Source: Vicugna vicugna
Taxonomy: Eukaryota
DNA length: 64,000 nucleotides
Reading direction: 5' to 3'
Assembly: GCA_013265495.1 (NCBI GenBank)
Contig: MU057744.1
Span: 2,927,370 to 2,991,369, forward strand
Shown piece after piece: positions 25,501 through 39,539 of this stretch; within the stretch, counting starts at the first letter, position 1; every line of letters begins with the position of its first letter. Under the pieces are notes generated by a model. The model saw only the letters and a list, made by a program, of their open reading frames with translations, was not told where the DNA came from and made no database searches. Position numbers and translations under genes: made by a program.

Positions 25501-27624
25501 TCTTGCTTTTTGACTTTTAGATTTTACCTCCTCAATAGGAAGTGAGCTGTTGGCCCTGTGATGAATCTCGTTCCGTTTACTTCCAAGAGAATTCTGTCAG
25601 AATTTCTGTTAAATCAATATTCGTTACTTGCATGTTTTCACTATGTAAGTTTTACTCACTTCCAAACCAGTTAGTGAACTATGATATCCTCTTTGTATCA
25701 ATTTTGGTTTTCTTGGAATTAATACTATCTGGTCGCCTCCCTCCGTCCCTCCTGTTTTCTTCCATCTGCTCTGGAGTCCCAGCCGCTTGCTCCGGTCAGG
25801 ACTGGCTGCGCTCTAGACCTGCCAGCTGTGCTCTTAGGGCTAGGACTGCACTCCTCCCACGTTGTCTCTTTTCTTCAGCGTTCTTCAGTTTTATGACCTG
25901 TCGGGTGAGAAGGACAGTTAGCTTCCTGGCCCCCCCGGCTCAGGAACAGTAAATGAGCATATATGTAAGTGCGTGGGGGGCCTTACACATAGAACACACC
26001 CCTGAAAGGTAATAGTACCTATTGCTACTGCATGTGCTGGTTTTGTTGTTATTTATTGTTAACTTAGTCTCCTCTTATTACCTTGCCTGTGTGGTGGGAA
26101 GGTCTCTGTGGGGTAGTGTGACTGGAGTAGGGGCTTGCCGTGGGGTGAGTGCAGCGCCTTGCAGAGTGGTGATGTGGTCCTAATTGTTAGCACCACCGTG
26201 AACGGCCCACTGTACCTGCTGCAGGCTTCTTTCAAGGACAAGTCAGAGTGGGCACCACCTGCAGGAGGCACGAGTGGTTCCTTTCAGTGTGATGCAGGCT
26301 GTCATGCCACTCTGCCCTTCCCACTCCCTGGCCCCGGCAAGACCAGCCTGTTGCTGTGAAGGTGGGAACTGAACTGCTACCTGAATTTAAACAGCACTGT
26401 GATGTCTTCTAGGAGTGTTCTACATTTTACGAACTTAAATCAACTGCAGTGCTATTTGAACAAAACTGTGGGGCATGAGAGAATGTGTGACTGTGTTGGA
26501 AGAGAGACTCACTCGTCCAGGGCATTCAGCTAGCTAATTAAATGGAAAAGCTCAAAATTAAATGCATTTCCATGTTACTTTGCAGTCGGTGTGCTTTGGG
26601 GTGTAAAGGATACACACAGACACACAGAAACATCTTGTTTGCATGAAGAACTAAATGCGGGTTTGCTCCCCATTGTTACTATTTCCACTGCAGCTGTTTC
26701 CTCTGGGGTTTGAAATCATGTCGATGCTGTCGGAGTAGTATCAACCGATGGTGGGGGGTGTCTGCTGAAAAGAAGCCAGGGCTCCTGGCAGAAGGAATGT
26801 GAGCGTGGGCGCTCCTCGGCCTCGGTCGCTAGTGGAGCTTCCGGAGCGATTCTGTTCGTGGTCCCTGCGCTGCCCTCACGAGCAGGCGGCGTCTTAGGCT
26901 GAGCAGGCGTGTGTCTGCGCCCGGGCGTCGGGCACACGCACACCTCGGTGTTGCCCTGCTATTCACGGCACCTGCACCTTTGCTTCTTTCTGCTCACAGT
27001 CAGTTTTGTATGGAACACACGTGCTCTGATGACAGTTAAGTACATGCCTTTGACATCACGAGACTAACTCTGCAGGGAATCATGCAAGCGGCCTTCCCTT
27101 TTAGTCACTTCCCCACGTTGGTTTCCATAAACCCAAGTCATTCCGAACATTCGCTTGGGTGGCATCTACCTAAGGTGGGTGCCGACAAGAGTTTCATGTT
27201 ATTTTGAACAAACCGTCTCCATCCCATTTAATTTGCCTGTGCCGTGTGACGTTACACAGACATCAGCCTCTACCTCATGTCTGCTCCAGAGTGAGTAGTG
27301 AAAGTCTGGAACAGAACGAAATGCTTGCAGTTGCATAACAGACACTTGGAGAAAATGGACTAGCGTAAACAGAGCGCCTGATTTGCTGTATTTCCTTAAA
27401 ATCAATCCAGCTGAGATTAAGCAGGAGTAATTTGACGTTCAGAGTAGAAATTGAGTATGTATTTTACTTTACGGTCAGTTTCTTGGGAGTCCTGCCCTCA
27501 GGGAACAGTGGCTCTTAGTGGAAGTACCACCAGCCTGTGGGGAACCACAGGTCAAGCCTTTCTGGAGAGTGATTCACTGACAGTATGTAAATCTTAATAT
27601 CTTAAAAATATTTTGTGCTTACTC

Positions 27625-27790
27625 CGTTAGAACAGTGCTAAATACTTCCTTTAATGTCTCATTTACTCCTTAAAACAATGCACACAATGGATGCTGTCTC
27701 TTGTTTATTAAGTGGGTGTGGCAAACTGCAGGTAGGTTAAATGACTTTGTCCAAATCAGGTTCAAACAGACTGTGCTTCTGGTTAAAGAT
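27625..27790 (-). mobile_element. MIR SINE remnant
   Basis: TCTCATTTACTCCTTAAAACAA...AAACTGCAGGTAGGTTAAATGACTTTGTCCAA. Confidence 0.6.
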
Positions 27791-28339
27791 GTTTGCAGTT
27801 TCTGGACTAAAACATGAATCTCTTGGGTGGATCAGAAAGTTATCTAAGTCTTTATAGAAGGTACTTTTTATATTCCTTTCTATGTATCACAATAACAGCT
27901 CATCAAATTAAAAACAATTAAGGCCAGAATAAAAATACAGAAGACAGGAAAAGAACAGTTACTGAAGGAAAAAATAAAGTTGTAGACAATAAGAGACGCA
28001 AGTTTGGATGGGGAAAGACTGCATGTATCTAAGAGTGTAATTCTTTAGCTGCATTGCTGGGACGTGCCCACGGTAATACATTTCCATTGGCAATAAAGCT
28101 AGAACAAGAAAGACTAGTAACTGCTTTCACAGAAACAGGAAAAAAACTTTGCGTTAGACTTGCCGCCAGGTTCCAATAATATGTCATTCTTGTCCTCTGA
28201 GCAGTGTTGCCCAGGACTCTGGGTGTAGTGCTCCCTCTGCAGCTTGGATAGTGGTCCTGGGGTCCTATGTAAAGGAAGCGTCACTGACACAGAAGGTGAC
28301 AGGTGGAACCTAAATGTCTGTATTTGGTAAAGACACTCC

Positions 28340-29360
28340 AAGTAGAGGCAGGCCGACTGCGCAAACCCGAGCGTGTGCTGGGGACCGCGCCACAGGGAGC
28401 CTCGCCCCTTAGCAGCCGCGGAGGGAAGCAGCGGGCTCTTCAGGAGCAGAACGAGTGTCGCGGGGAAGCCGTCCCTGATCAGTTTCGGAGCCCGCCCTAG
28501 AGAAATCAAGTCGTAGAGCGCAGACCCCGTGCGGTGGGCTTCTCGTGCTTTTTTTGCTGCTGATGAATGTTTTCCTTCTTTTCGGAAAGTGATTTCATGG
28601 TTCGCGCATTTATGAAGTCGAGCGAAGGGGGGAGAAGCTTGAGTTACGGAGCGTGAGCTGTAACAAGGGCTGTGTGCGCGGTTGCGCGCCCTCCGGGTGG
28701 TGGCTGGAGCCTCCCGGGGGCCGTGTCTGTAGCCCTCTCCGTCCGGGACGCGCCTGGCAGCGCAGGCCTCCGCCCGCTGGCGGGCCGCCCGCCGCTCTCC
28801 GTGGCCGCCGGACGGGGCCTCGGGGCCCCCCGGTGCTCCTGAGGGTGCAGGCCGGAGAGCGGGGGAACCAGAGTGGTTGCCAGCCTTGCGTCTCAAGTTC
28901 GTGGGTAAAGCGTGTTGAACAAGGGGATGGATTATCACTTTCTGAGAACTTTGGGCTCACGTGGAGCGTAAAAAAATCCCCCAAGCGATGGAACTCACGA
29001 TATCGGAGGCCACCTGAGAACAGCCTGAGGAGGTGACTCTGCGGCCGCCCTGACCGCGTGCTTCCGAGTGCGGGGAAGAGGACGCTGTGAGCATCTCCCC
29101 CGCCGCCTGAGGCGTGAGGAGAACGATCTCAGCTGTGAACATGCGCTGCTCGCACGTGCCGTTTTCAAAAGAAAAGTCGTGTGAATGCAGACAGATTTTA
29201 GGAAACGAGACCCCTGGGCTTCGTGGCCCCGGTGTGTTCCGCAGCACGCGGTCCGCGCTTCCGGGCGAGCTCGGCGCGTGGTCCCCAGGGAAGCGCGCGG
29301 GCTCCGCTGCTCCCCCGTGAGGCCTCCGGCGCGGCCGGCAGCGCCCGGTGCCACGTTTAT
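28340..29360. promoter_or_regulatory. Intronic CpG island
   Basis: About 1 kb of dense CpG with sharp AT-rich flanks. Confidence 0.75.
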
Positions 29361-29863
29361 TATCCTAGATGCTCGTCAGAAACTACACGTTTTAAGGCAG
29401 CCTGTGAGTTTGGAAAATCACATAAAATGAACGTTTTAATTTCTGCTTCCCCCCCCATAATTTTGCATGTACATATACATATGGAGATCACCTGGGAAGA
29501 TAATGTGTTGTCAGAAATGACTTTTGACTGTCCCAAAGGCATCTGTTTCAGATATTCCGAACTTTAAATTTAGAAGTTGGCAAGGACTTACTAATTTTGA
29601 GTTCCATAGTTTTCCTTCTAACTAAAGACAAATTGGAAAAATAATAGCACGCGTCTTTACCCCTAGACGCATGGGTGCAATGAAGAGAAAAAGGTAATCC
29701 AGGTCACGGTTTTCATTATAATTATTTGACAGCAGATAACCAATTGCAACAGATTTATTTTTCCTTTTCAACAGACTGTTAATTTACCTTCAGCCCATAT
29801 TTGCTTCTGAGTTAAAACCTACACAAGATAGGATGCCAGTAAATCTCCATGAGAAATAAAGCA

Positions 29864-29987
29864 GGGGGAGGGTAGCGCTCAGTGGAGGAATGCACGCTTA
29901 GCATGCCTGAGGCCCTCCCTGGGTTCAGTCCCCAGGACTGCCATTAAAAAAACTTAAAAACTTTTGAAAGATCTTATTTTTAAAAAA
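29864..29987 (+). mobile_element. tRNA-Ala-derived SINE (Vic-1-like) with TSD
   Basis: GGGGGAGGGTAGCGCTCAGTGG...GCTTAGCATGC...GGGTTCAGTCCCCAG plus A-rich tail. TSD AGAAATAAAGCA (29852-29863) / AGAAAGAAAGCA (29988-29999). Confidence 0.85.
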
Positions 29988-30299
29988 AGAAAGAAAGCAA
30001 ACTAAGTATCAGATTTCCTAGACTGCCCTATTAATTAAAAGTTTCATAAAGGTTTGCTACAACACACATCTAGGTGTTGAAGCGAGGGTGCTACACTCAG
30101 GGAGGCAGTGGGCCACGTGGATGCAGGCTGTGGCCCCGGGGATGATGGTGCCCACTGCTGGGACGGGACCTGGCTCACCTGAGCCTGTCTTACAACACGG
30201 CAGTGCTGGCCCTGTGCTGCCCGGTGTTCTGTGTGCTTAAGTGATGCTTCAAATCAAGTTTTTAACATAACTTTTACTAATTTTTAGATGTTGCTTTAT

Positions 30300-30881
30300 T
30301 TATTTTTTTTTACTTTTTTTTATTGAGATATAGTTGATGTACAGTATTGTGTTAGTTTCTGGTGTACAGCAAAGTGATTCAGTTATATAAGTATATATAT
30401 ATTCTTTTTCATATTCTTTTCCATTATAGGCTACTACAAGGTATTGAATACAGTTCCCTGTGCTGTAGTGTAGGACCTTGTTGTTTATTCTGTGCATAGT
30501 GGTTTGTATCTGCTAACCCCAAACTCCTAATTTATCCCCTCTCCTTCCCCTCAGTAACCATAAGTTTGTTTTCTACATCTGTGAGTCTGTTTCTGTTTTG
30601 TGAGTGAGTGCATTTGTGTAATTTTTTAATATTCCACATACAAATGATACCGTATGTTATTTGCCCTTCTCTGACTTCCTTTTACTTAGTATGGTCATCT
30701 CTAGGTCCATCCATGTTGCTGCAAATGGCATGATTTCCTTCTTTTACATGGCTGAGTAGTATTCCATTGAAAATATATACACCACAAATCCTTTATCCAG
30801 TCATCTGTCCATGGACATTTAGGTTGCTTCCATGTCTTGGCTGTTGTAAATAGTGCTGCTGTGAACACAGGGGTGCAGGTA
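30300..30881 (-). mobile_element. 5'-truncated young L1 with perfect 15-bp TSD
   Basis: TSD TAGATGTTGCTTTAT at 30285-30299 and 30882-30896; poly-T tail; L1 3' UTR and ORF2 end. Confidence 0.95.
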
Positions 30882-33800
30882 TAGATGTTGCTTTATATGC
30901 ATATATTTATATGCTTTAGATGTCTGTCTGTTTGTTTTAAAAATATTGCATGAGCAAACAGAAATTTACTTGGGTCAGATCTGTCTTGGCAGCCCACATT
31001 TTGCAGTCTCTGCATTAAGGCACTCGTGTGTGTGCACAATGTGTTCTATTAATGGTCTTAGAGGCATTTGTGATGTTTTTTAGTTCGCTTGATATATTGA
31101 GGAAAAATTTGGGGTTTTTATGGTTACATTTTTGTTTCTTGAAAACCTTGAAAGGCTTAAAATTCTTTTTATCTATTGTAACTATATATGGAATGAATAT
31201 CCTTTATTTTCTTTGTGAAGAATGATTAGGTATCAGAACTTTGTAGTATTTTGTTATGGTCATATGTATATTTCTGTTGTTTTCAAGAAATTGCATCTAT
31301 ATCACTCTAGAATGGATCTGGTCATTACTAGTTAATCTCTTATTAAATCTGATATTAATGCACATCATACACCAACAGTCAGTGAATAAGTACACAAAAG
31401 AGTGTTTAAATGGATTTCTTTTTTAATGTAGAAAAAACACTGCAAGAAAGCCAAACAAAATGAACAGTTATTCTGTACTAACCACTAGTGATAAAACGAT
31501 GAGCAAGGAAATCTATTTGCATGGTGGAAAACATAGTTAATGGTAGTTACTCAATTTGCAGGATGCCACATAGGTAAAATCTGTTTACTTTAAGTGGAGG
31601 AACTGAAATTTTCAATGCATTCTTCCTTTTGCCCTCAGTGTTTCTCAGGGAGAAATTATGTTGATAGCAGTACTGCAGTGGGACAAAGTGTTAACACTTG
31701 AGAGGGAAGACAGCCCCAGGACAGTGAGTTGCTTGGATGGCTGCTTTCCTCACTGTTGCTTCATGGGTCACCCTTGATGCCTGCACATCTAGTCAAAGTT
31801 CAGTCCTTGTATCGCTTCTTTCTATATGTTAGATATCTGTCTGACTTGTCATGTTTCTGAAGTCAGCGACATCTATCCTTTCTTCCTTGAGTCCATAGTG
31901 TTTGCCTCAGTGGAATTACCTTGATCTGAATGTAGATGTTCGCGTAAGTATAGTCTACTTATTAAAGTCAAACAGATTTTAGTACTGTGAGCCCCGCCCA
32001 ACCTTTTCCTATGATTTTGGAAGAGTTAGGGTGGAAATATTATGATTTTCATATTTTTAACCACGTGGAGATATAATTTGTCTTGACATTTGGATTTTTT
32101 TCTTTAAGTTTATAACAGCATACAAATTGGTTTTAAGATCTGATGCCAGGAAATCACAAGAGAAGAATATATAAGGGTATTTAGTTCACATACCTTTTAC
32201 TTTGAAGGATGATAGTTTAAGAAGGATCAGATTGTACATGATTAAAGTTTCAGACTTGGGGAGTCTATGGTCCATATTGTTTATATATTCCAGTCTTCAA
32301 TAAATTCAGTAAATGTTAACAACATGTAACCATCAGGATGCAAATGGGGAACAGTTCATTGTATTAAAAAGATCAAAATTGAAATAACTTCAACCTTCTC
32401 CCTCTGCCTCACATCATGTTTCCCAGTCTTATTTTGTAGCACTTGAACTAGGAAACCATTATCACAAACATTCACAGCTAGTGTGTAAAGAAACTGTATT
32501 TGTGTCTTTCTCCCATTGTCCCTTCATGTCGTCTCTGTGGGACTGATCGTTTTCCTGCCCCATATTGAAATTCAATAGTCCAGTGACTCTCTGGTCCTCC
32601 TTTCATACACACAGGCTTGACTTCTTAGTGAGACTCTGTGCTCTGCCTAAAGGCCACAGGTCTGACAGGCTCAAGGGAGGTCCTCCCTTCACTCTCAGGC
32701 CCCAGGGGCAGGGCCTTTAGTCAGAGGAAGGGCGTGAGAAGGCTCCGTTTTTGGAGACCTGAGCTGTCTCACGTGACCATGTCTGGTTTAGGGGTTTCTC
32801 TTCATTGCCCCAAAGCACTCTGTTTGCTTGCCCCCCTCTAACACCTGTCACCTACCCATTGGACCCAACTGTCCCCTCTTTAAAGACAGGACTTAAGGTT
32901 CTCTGCATCCGGGCTTTCCCAGTGCTTTACGGAGCAGGCACCAGAGAACGTGTGCTGGGTGAGTAAACTCCTGACTGGAATTCTCAAAGCTCTTGTGGAG
33001 CTTTTCAGAAATTCCAATGCTCTGACTCTACCTGGGAGATTGGGGACAAGCAATTTTTAGTTTCCCAGAGCATCTTTATTCACAGCAGGGCTGAAGGCCA
33101 CTGAGCTGGGTGTTTAAGTTATGCAAACGTGATGGTGCCCACACGCTTTAATTAAGGAATATTTACATTGTAGCCTGAAAATAAGTTTTGGAATAAGACA
33201 TCATGGGAGGTCTTTCCAGTTTTTCCTCATTCTGAATAAGATTATTAAAATACCCTCTGTCTTTTTAGACTGATAAAAACATACTGATTTCAGTGTCAGT
33301 CCCCTGGACAGCCATGCCCGCTGTCCCAGTCATTCTGTTTTATTAAGTTGTATGCAGGTGGTCGAAGTTTAAATGTATCTCTGACCTCAGTATATCTTTA
33401 TTTTGTAAGAAAAAAAGAGAAAGTGAAACTTCTATAAACACATTATGATATTAAAGCATGGAAACCTCAGGGCACCATGATGCAGTGTGTCCCTTTCTCG
33501 TACTGACACGTGGCTCCAGTGGCCACATGATAACTTTATCTAATTTCTCACAAGTTATTCTACTTTAAAAAAAAATCAAACACCTCACGTTTTAATGGTG
33601 AACAAGGGAAGAGTCTATAAGAAATGTATAAAACCTCTGAAGTAGATGGTGTGTAGGTAGCGCTGGTTCCCCTTTTAGGGAAACGGATGACATTCGATGT
33701 ACCGACCTACTTCAGACCAGGCCGACTGTGAGAGTGTGTTGTGGGTCCACAGGCACGCTGTGCATTTGCTTGTCATAAAACGGCAAGATTATGCTGTTTG

Positions 33801-34242
33801 TTTAGAATGCTTGTTAAAATGAATGCTTCCTGGCTTTACTACTTGTCAATGTTTAGGTGTAGTAAGCGGTTATCTTGGAAACGTGGTGTTATGTTATCAG
33901 TGAGAAGTAGTACCCTTAACTGTCCTTTTCGTTTTCTGACTCCCTTGTAAGAAATGCCACAGTTTTTTAAGTTCTTTATTTGGGGGGCGCTGACCTTTTC
34001 ATTAGAGTGTAATGCCTTGGGGGTGGGATTTGCATTCAGTTTTATAAACTTAACTATGTTTTGCTAGTAAATATTTATCAGTTAATTATGTTTAAATTTT
34101 AAACTATCCTTTAAGATACCCTGTAAATAATGTTAATTTTTAAAATTGCATTGATGTATTGCTTATATGTGTTTTGTATGTGTGACTCGCTGTTTATAAA
34201 ACGTTTCTTTGCTCTCCAAAGACATTAACTGAGCTGTTGTTC

Positions 34243-34641
34243 CTTTTTTTTAATTGAAGTGTAATTGATTTACAATGTTGTGTTAGTCTCTGATGTGCAG
34301 CATGGTGGTTCAGTTACACACACACACACACACACATTCTTTTTCATGTTCTTTTCCATTAGAGGTTACTCCAAGATATTGAATATAGTTCCCTGTGCTG
34401 TACAGTAGGACCTTGTTGTTTATCTTTTTTATGTACAATAGTGTGTGTCTGCAAGTCCCGAACTCCCAGTTTATCCCTCCCCCCTCTCTACTTTGGTAAC
34501 CATGTTTTCTCTGTCTCTGAGTCTGTTTCTGTTTTGTAGTTAAGTTCATTTGTGTCACTTTTTCAGATTCCACATATAAGTGATGTCATGTGGTATTTTT
34601 CTCTCTGTCTGACTTCACTTAGGGTGACGATCTCCAGGTCC
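34243..34641 (-). mobile_element. 5'-truncated L1 3' UTR containing a (CA)n microsatellite
   Basis: Poly-T then AATTGAAGTGTAATTGATTTACAATG; (CA)n at about 34316-34337. Confidence 0.9.
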
Positions 34642-37600
34642 TGAGCCATCGCTCTGGGTTTGCCCTCCAAAGCGCAGTTCAGGAGGCACTGTGCTCCTAG
34701 CCTTTTGCTGGGAAGTTCCAGACGTCAGCTGAGACTGACCTGTGCAATGCCTCACCCCCTCTGTTCTTTCTCTCTCAGTTTCTCTGCAGTGGCTAGTTTT
34801 GCAGTCTCTGTTCTTCATCACCAAACCACGCTGTGCCAATTGCAGATTTTTTATTGGACTAAAGAATATGCTTGTTTTTTTTACATGTGAAGAATGAAGG
34901 TTATAACTTATATTACACTGGGAATGCACAAAATATCATAGTTGTAAGATGTGTACATGTAATTGTGCTATGTGGTGACGTGTCAACATTGGTAAATTAG
35001 AACACAGGTAACATTACAGGAAAATGAAGGCCATGTGACACCTTGGCCAAGAGATACTCTGAGGCAAGAAACAGCTTACCTATTGTGGCAAAAAAAAAGA
35101 GTTCACCTTCCTTTTATATTTTACAAAATGTTTTTATTTAGTGCAAAAATAGCTAATATGCTCTTAGCAATACTGCCATAGGAAGCTCTGGGATTGCAGT
35201 ATTTGGACGTCTGCTACGTTTTTCTGTTGCAGACTTCAGCCACGGGCTGAACTTTTACTTTGCACAGCAGCTGCACGTCCCAGACCCTGTCAGTCCTGAG
35301 AAAGCTGACTTGTCCAGTGCAGGTGTTCAGGGAGTTTCTGGGAAGTCAGTATGTTGATTACAAAGTCTTTTGTTTTCTTTTTGGTTGTTTTTTATCTATT
35401 TTACTTTGTTTCTTCGGAACAGGCATCAGAAGAATACAGACTGAGCTGGCGCCATGCTGAGCTCCACAGTTTTATCTTTAACAGATAGCCTTGCGCGACG
35501 GAGCAGGCCAAGTCTTCGTGTGGTAGTAACTTGTTTTTGAAGGGTTTGGTGGGGATGAGGCCCTGTGACCCATGAAGGCGGCGGCCGCAGGGAATGGGTC
35601 CTTGGAGGGGTCGTTCTGCAGTGGAGAGAATGCAGGTGGGACGTCCTGGCGCCAGGTCTGCCTGATCCTCACTCAGTCTCATAACTTTTGCCTGATCCGT
35701 GGTTCTCTTGTCTGTGACGTGGAGCCAGCAGCGCTAGGCTTGGCGGACTGTGGCCAGGTTGGAACGAAGCACGTGTTAGTGTCCCCTGCCTGGCGCCTGC
35801 GTCTAAGGAGTTCTTGGGGCATTGATTGAAATTCCAAAGACACTTTATTTCTTCCTCAATTTTTCGGTCTTTTTAGGACATGCATTAAAAAATGCGTGCA
35901 GCAAGTGTGTAGTGTTGACCCTCATTTTTGCATGGAAAGGAAAATTGTATGTGATTAGGAAGTTAAAATTCTCACGATGAAGCTAACTTGCGTATGGAAC
36001 ACCTCGGCAGGAATAGAAACTCTACCTCGCGGGCTCAGAGACCACCTGGGTGCTGTTTGCCTGCGGGCATCCGCTCACCACGTAGCTGGCGTCTACGCAG
36101 TGCGCTTGGGGTTGGGGGGTGCTGTGAAGGGAAATACAAGATCAGAACGTGGCTTTTCGGCAGTGCTGGGGGAGCCGAGACAGGAAGCCAGACAGCGCAG
36201 ATCACAGGCACGTGGTGCACGCTGGAGTGGGGTTTAGTATGAGAGAATGTTACCACAGTTTAGAGTCAGGGGCTATTATGGGGTGGGATTAAATTGGTAG
36301 ATTTGTAAAAAGCTTCAACCAGAGTGACGGGTCCAGCCCCCAGGCCCAGTAAGTGGCCAGTTTAAATGCATTACATATGTTATTACCATGATTTTTTCCT
36401 AAGGAAGAGAAAAACGTTCAAGAAGAAAGCTGTGGACGCCGCGCCCTTTGTGACGCTGAGTTGAGCGTCCAGGGACTCTGGCTCTGTCTCCGCTGCGCCT
36501 CTGAGGGCCCCAGTCCTGCCAGTACCAGGGCTCCTCGCGTCTCACCGGCAGCCAGTGTGCATCCTCCGGGGCAGAGCGGGCACGCATGGGAGCGGCAGGA
36601 GCCTGCACAGCCGCGGAGGCCCGGCCCCAGCACAGGGCCTGGAGCCTGGGGCTTTGTTGTGAGCGTTAGCTGAATTAAGCGATGGGTTGGGGGCTGGGCA
36701 CGGGAAGGAATGTTGGCTCTGCATTCCTGGCCCGGGTGCAGGGTGGCTGGGTCACTGCAGGAATGGGAACAGTCTTGCAAGATGTGGAGACTGAACTGAC
36801 CGTGTCACTGTGTTCCTTCATTCAACAAACACCTATGAAGCAGCTATTTTGTGCCAAACGCTTGAGTGAAAGCAGACCTAACCTCTCCCTCTGGAGCGGA
36901 GAGAGCCGCGGGGGGTCAGCATTCATCAGCCGGCCGTCAGGGAAGGACACGTTCCCAAGTGATAAATTCCAGCAAGAAGGGGTACGTGGGGCTCTCGGAC
37001 CGCACTTGACCTGGTCCAGGAAGGCAGATGTCTGTGGCGTGGAAGGACGGGGTGGGGGTTCCCACCCGAGGGAGCAGCATTGAGACGCCACTTGTTGGCC
37101 TGAAAAAAGGCAGTGGGGGCCACTCAGAGGGGGCCCTGGCGACCGCGCTGGACAACCCAAACCGTAGCAAAGCCTTAAATCCTAAGCGAGCAGCCAAGTG
37201 GTGATGTGCGGACACCATCAGACTCTCATACTGGCGTTTTGAAAAGCGGCCTCTGGCTGCAGCAGGGGCAGTGCCAGGACCAGGGCTGGTGCAGCCCTGG
37301 GAAGCGGGCACACCGGCGCTAGTGATGCAGACAGTCGATGGGTGCTGGGACAGGGCAGAGTCAGTGGCTTCCCCACGAGGGGCTGAGCGGTACTGAGGAT
37401 CGGGCCCAGCAGGTAGGATCGGACCAGTACTGAGAGACACAGCCCCGGAGGTCAGACCCAGCACCGACACCCCTTCACGTCTCTGCGTGTTTCCCCAGGA
37501 TTCATTCACGCGGTCATTTTCTCAGTAAATCACTTACTCTTCCACTCAGATATTCTCTGAGAGCCTGTAGTGTGTGAAACACAGTGCCAGGTGCCCCGAG

Positions 37601-37791
37601 CCAACCTTAGTCTCCCGTTCCCCATCTCTCAGCCTGTCACCAAGTGCCACTCAGCGCCTGTCCCTCCAGGAGCACTTCCTGGGTCTTCCCAGCAGGAAGG
37701 AGCGGCCTCGACTCTCCCTTCCCACCGGAGATGCCACGCAGCTCTCCCGCATTCCAGCGTCGAGCCTGACCAGGAGCCGCTGGGCCAAGGG

Positions 37792-38250
37792 CTGAAGTCT
37801 GGTCAGCCTACAGTGTTGTATCAATTTCTGGTGACCAGCACAGTGTTTCAGTCCGACATGCACACACATACACTCCTTCTCATAGTCTTTTTCATAGAGG
37901 CCGTTACCAGATAGTGAGTCCAGCTCCCTGTGCTGTGCAGTAGGACCTTGTTGCTTATCTATTTTATAATGTCTGCAGTTCTTGATCTCCCAGCTTATTC
38001 CTTCCCACTCCTGTTCTCCCCTGATAACCGTAAGTTTGTTCTCTATGTTTGTGAGTCTATTTCTGTTTTGTAAATAAGTTCATTTGTGTCTTTTTTTTAA
38101 GATTCCACATATGAGTGTATCATGTGGGATTTGTCTTTCTCTCCCTCTGACTTACTTCACCTAGAATGACGATCTCCAGATCCATCCATGTTGCTGCAAA
38201 TGGCATCATTTCATTCTTTTTTATGGCTGAGTAGTATTCCTTTGTATATT
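37792..38250 (-). mobile_element. 5'-truncated L1 3' UTR / ORF2 end
   Basis: CTGAAGTCTGGTCAGCCTACAGTG...GATTCCACATATGAGTG...TCCATCCATGTTGCTGCAAATGGC. Confidence 0.9.
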
Positions 38251-38515
38251 CCACTGGAAAAGAGACCACAAAATACAGGCACATGGTAAATGTTTATTCC
38301 AATTGAGTTAAAATAAATTTAAAAAAAAAGGTGGGAAACTTCCCACAAAACAAAACTAAATCTTCTCCAAATGATGACCAGATTCCCATGATGCCTCTAG
38401 TTTTCAGTATTATTTTCTCACATAGAGTATAAGACACTCCAGCCCTTGCAGTCACGTTCTCTCAGAGACTTCTGACAGTTCAGGTAATCTCGCCTCCCCT
38501 GTGACGATGGCCTTT

Positions 38516-38719
38516 CGGTGGTAAGCTGGAGCCGGCATGGTCCAGCCTGGGGCACCGACGTGCTCATCTTTTCCCGGCTCCTGTTCAGTGACGCTGCTTC
38601 AGTAGTTTGAACTTGGCAATGACGGCAGTGTTTTCACCATGGAAATTGGCAAACTTTGCAAGTCAGAGCTTCGGCTTCCTCCTCAGAAAGGTTGTTGGTG
38701 ATTCTCTAGCACACCACTG
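38516..38719. mobile_element. hAT-Charlie MITE (MER112-like)
   Basis: Terminal inverted repeats CGGTGGTAAGCTGGAG ... CTCTAGCACACCACTG; internal CACCATGGAAATTGGCAAAC. Confidence 0.6.
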
Positions 38720-39192
38720 CTTTGAATCCAACGTGCAAAATGTGCTTTGGCTTGAGTTGCTAAACTAAGATTAGTGGACTTCCTAAATTCTCAAACACAT
38801 CTGCGTGTGTGTGTCTATGTGTCTATGTGTTATGCAGACTGAAGTGGTTTGGAGCTCTGTAAGACCTCTGGGAAAAAGTCAGACTCTGCTGTTCTCCTCT
38901 TCATTTTGTAATTCATTCATTCATTGTATTTAATTTCATTCATCCAGTCATTCATCCAGCCAGAGTGCTCACTGGTGAATACAGCAGACTGCTGCTTCCT
39001 TCCTCAAAGTGATCACAACCCAGCTGGCGAGAGACAGCCTGGGCTCCTGTGCAATGTGAGGAAGACGGGTTCTGAACTAAAGGAGGGGCCCTGCGGATGA
39101 AGAGGAGCAGGCAGGTTAAGAACTGCACGGGCGATGAACCAGGAATGTGTGATGACAGGCAGGGGAGAGCTGGGACTGAAGGCTGGCGGCCA

Positions 39193-39293
39193 GCGTTCTA
39201 GACTCTGCCGATGGGCGGAGCGTTCTAGACTGTGCACGTGGGCGGGGCAACTGTGCAAGTGGGCGGGGCATTCTAGACTCTGCGGGTGGGCGG
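39193..39293. repeat. Minisatellite, about four units of 27 bp (third unit 21 bp)
   Basis: Consensus GCGTTCTAGACTSTGCNNGTGGGCGGR; units start at 39193, 39220, 39247 and 39268. Confidence 0.85.
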
Positions 39294-39539
39294 TACTGTC
39301 TGTGTCCAAGATGAGAACACAGGCAGGGACATGTGTGGAAGGCGGGTGTGGGGAGGGCAGGCAGAGGTGGCTGAAGGAGATGGGTTTAATCTGGGGCGTG
39401 TTAATTTGAAGTTATTTTAGAATATTTAGAAGGTATTCTGGAACACGTATGTATTGCGGAATTGGAAAGAGATTAGGTCATAGTGATTTCAGGTAATTTA
39501 TCAAGTGGTGATAATTAAAGCTGCGTGAGAATAAGATGG

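Noticed and set aside
39193..39293. CRISPR-like short repeat array
   Set aside because: Mammalian DNA, contiguous tandem units without unique spacers, no cas genes.
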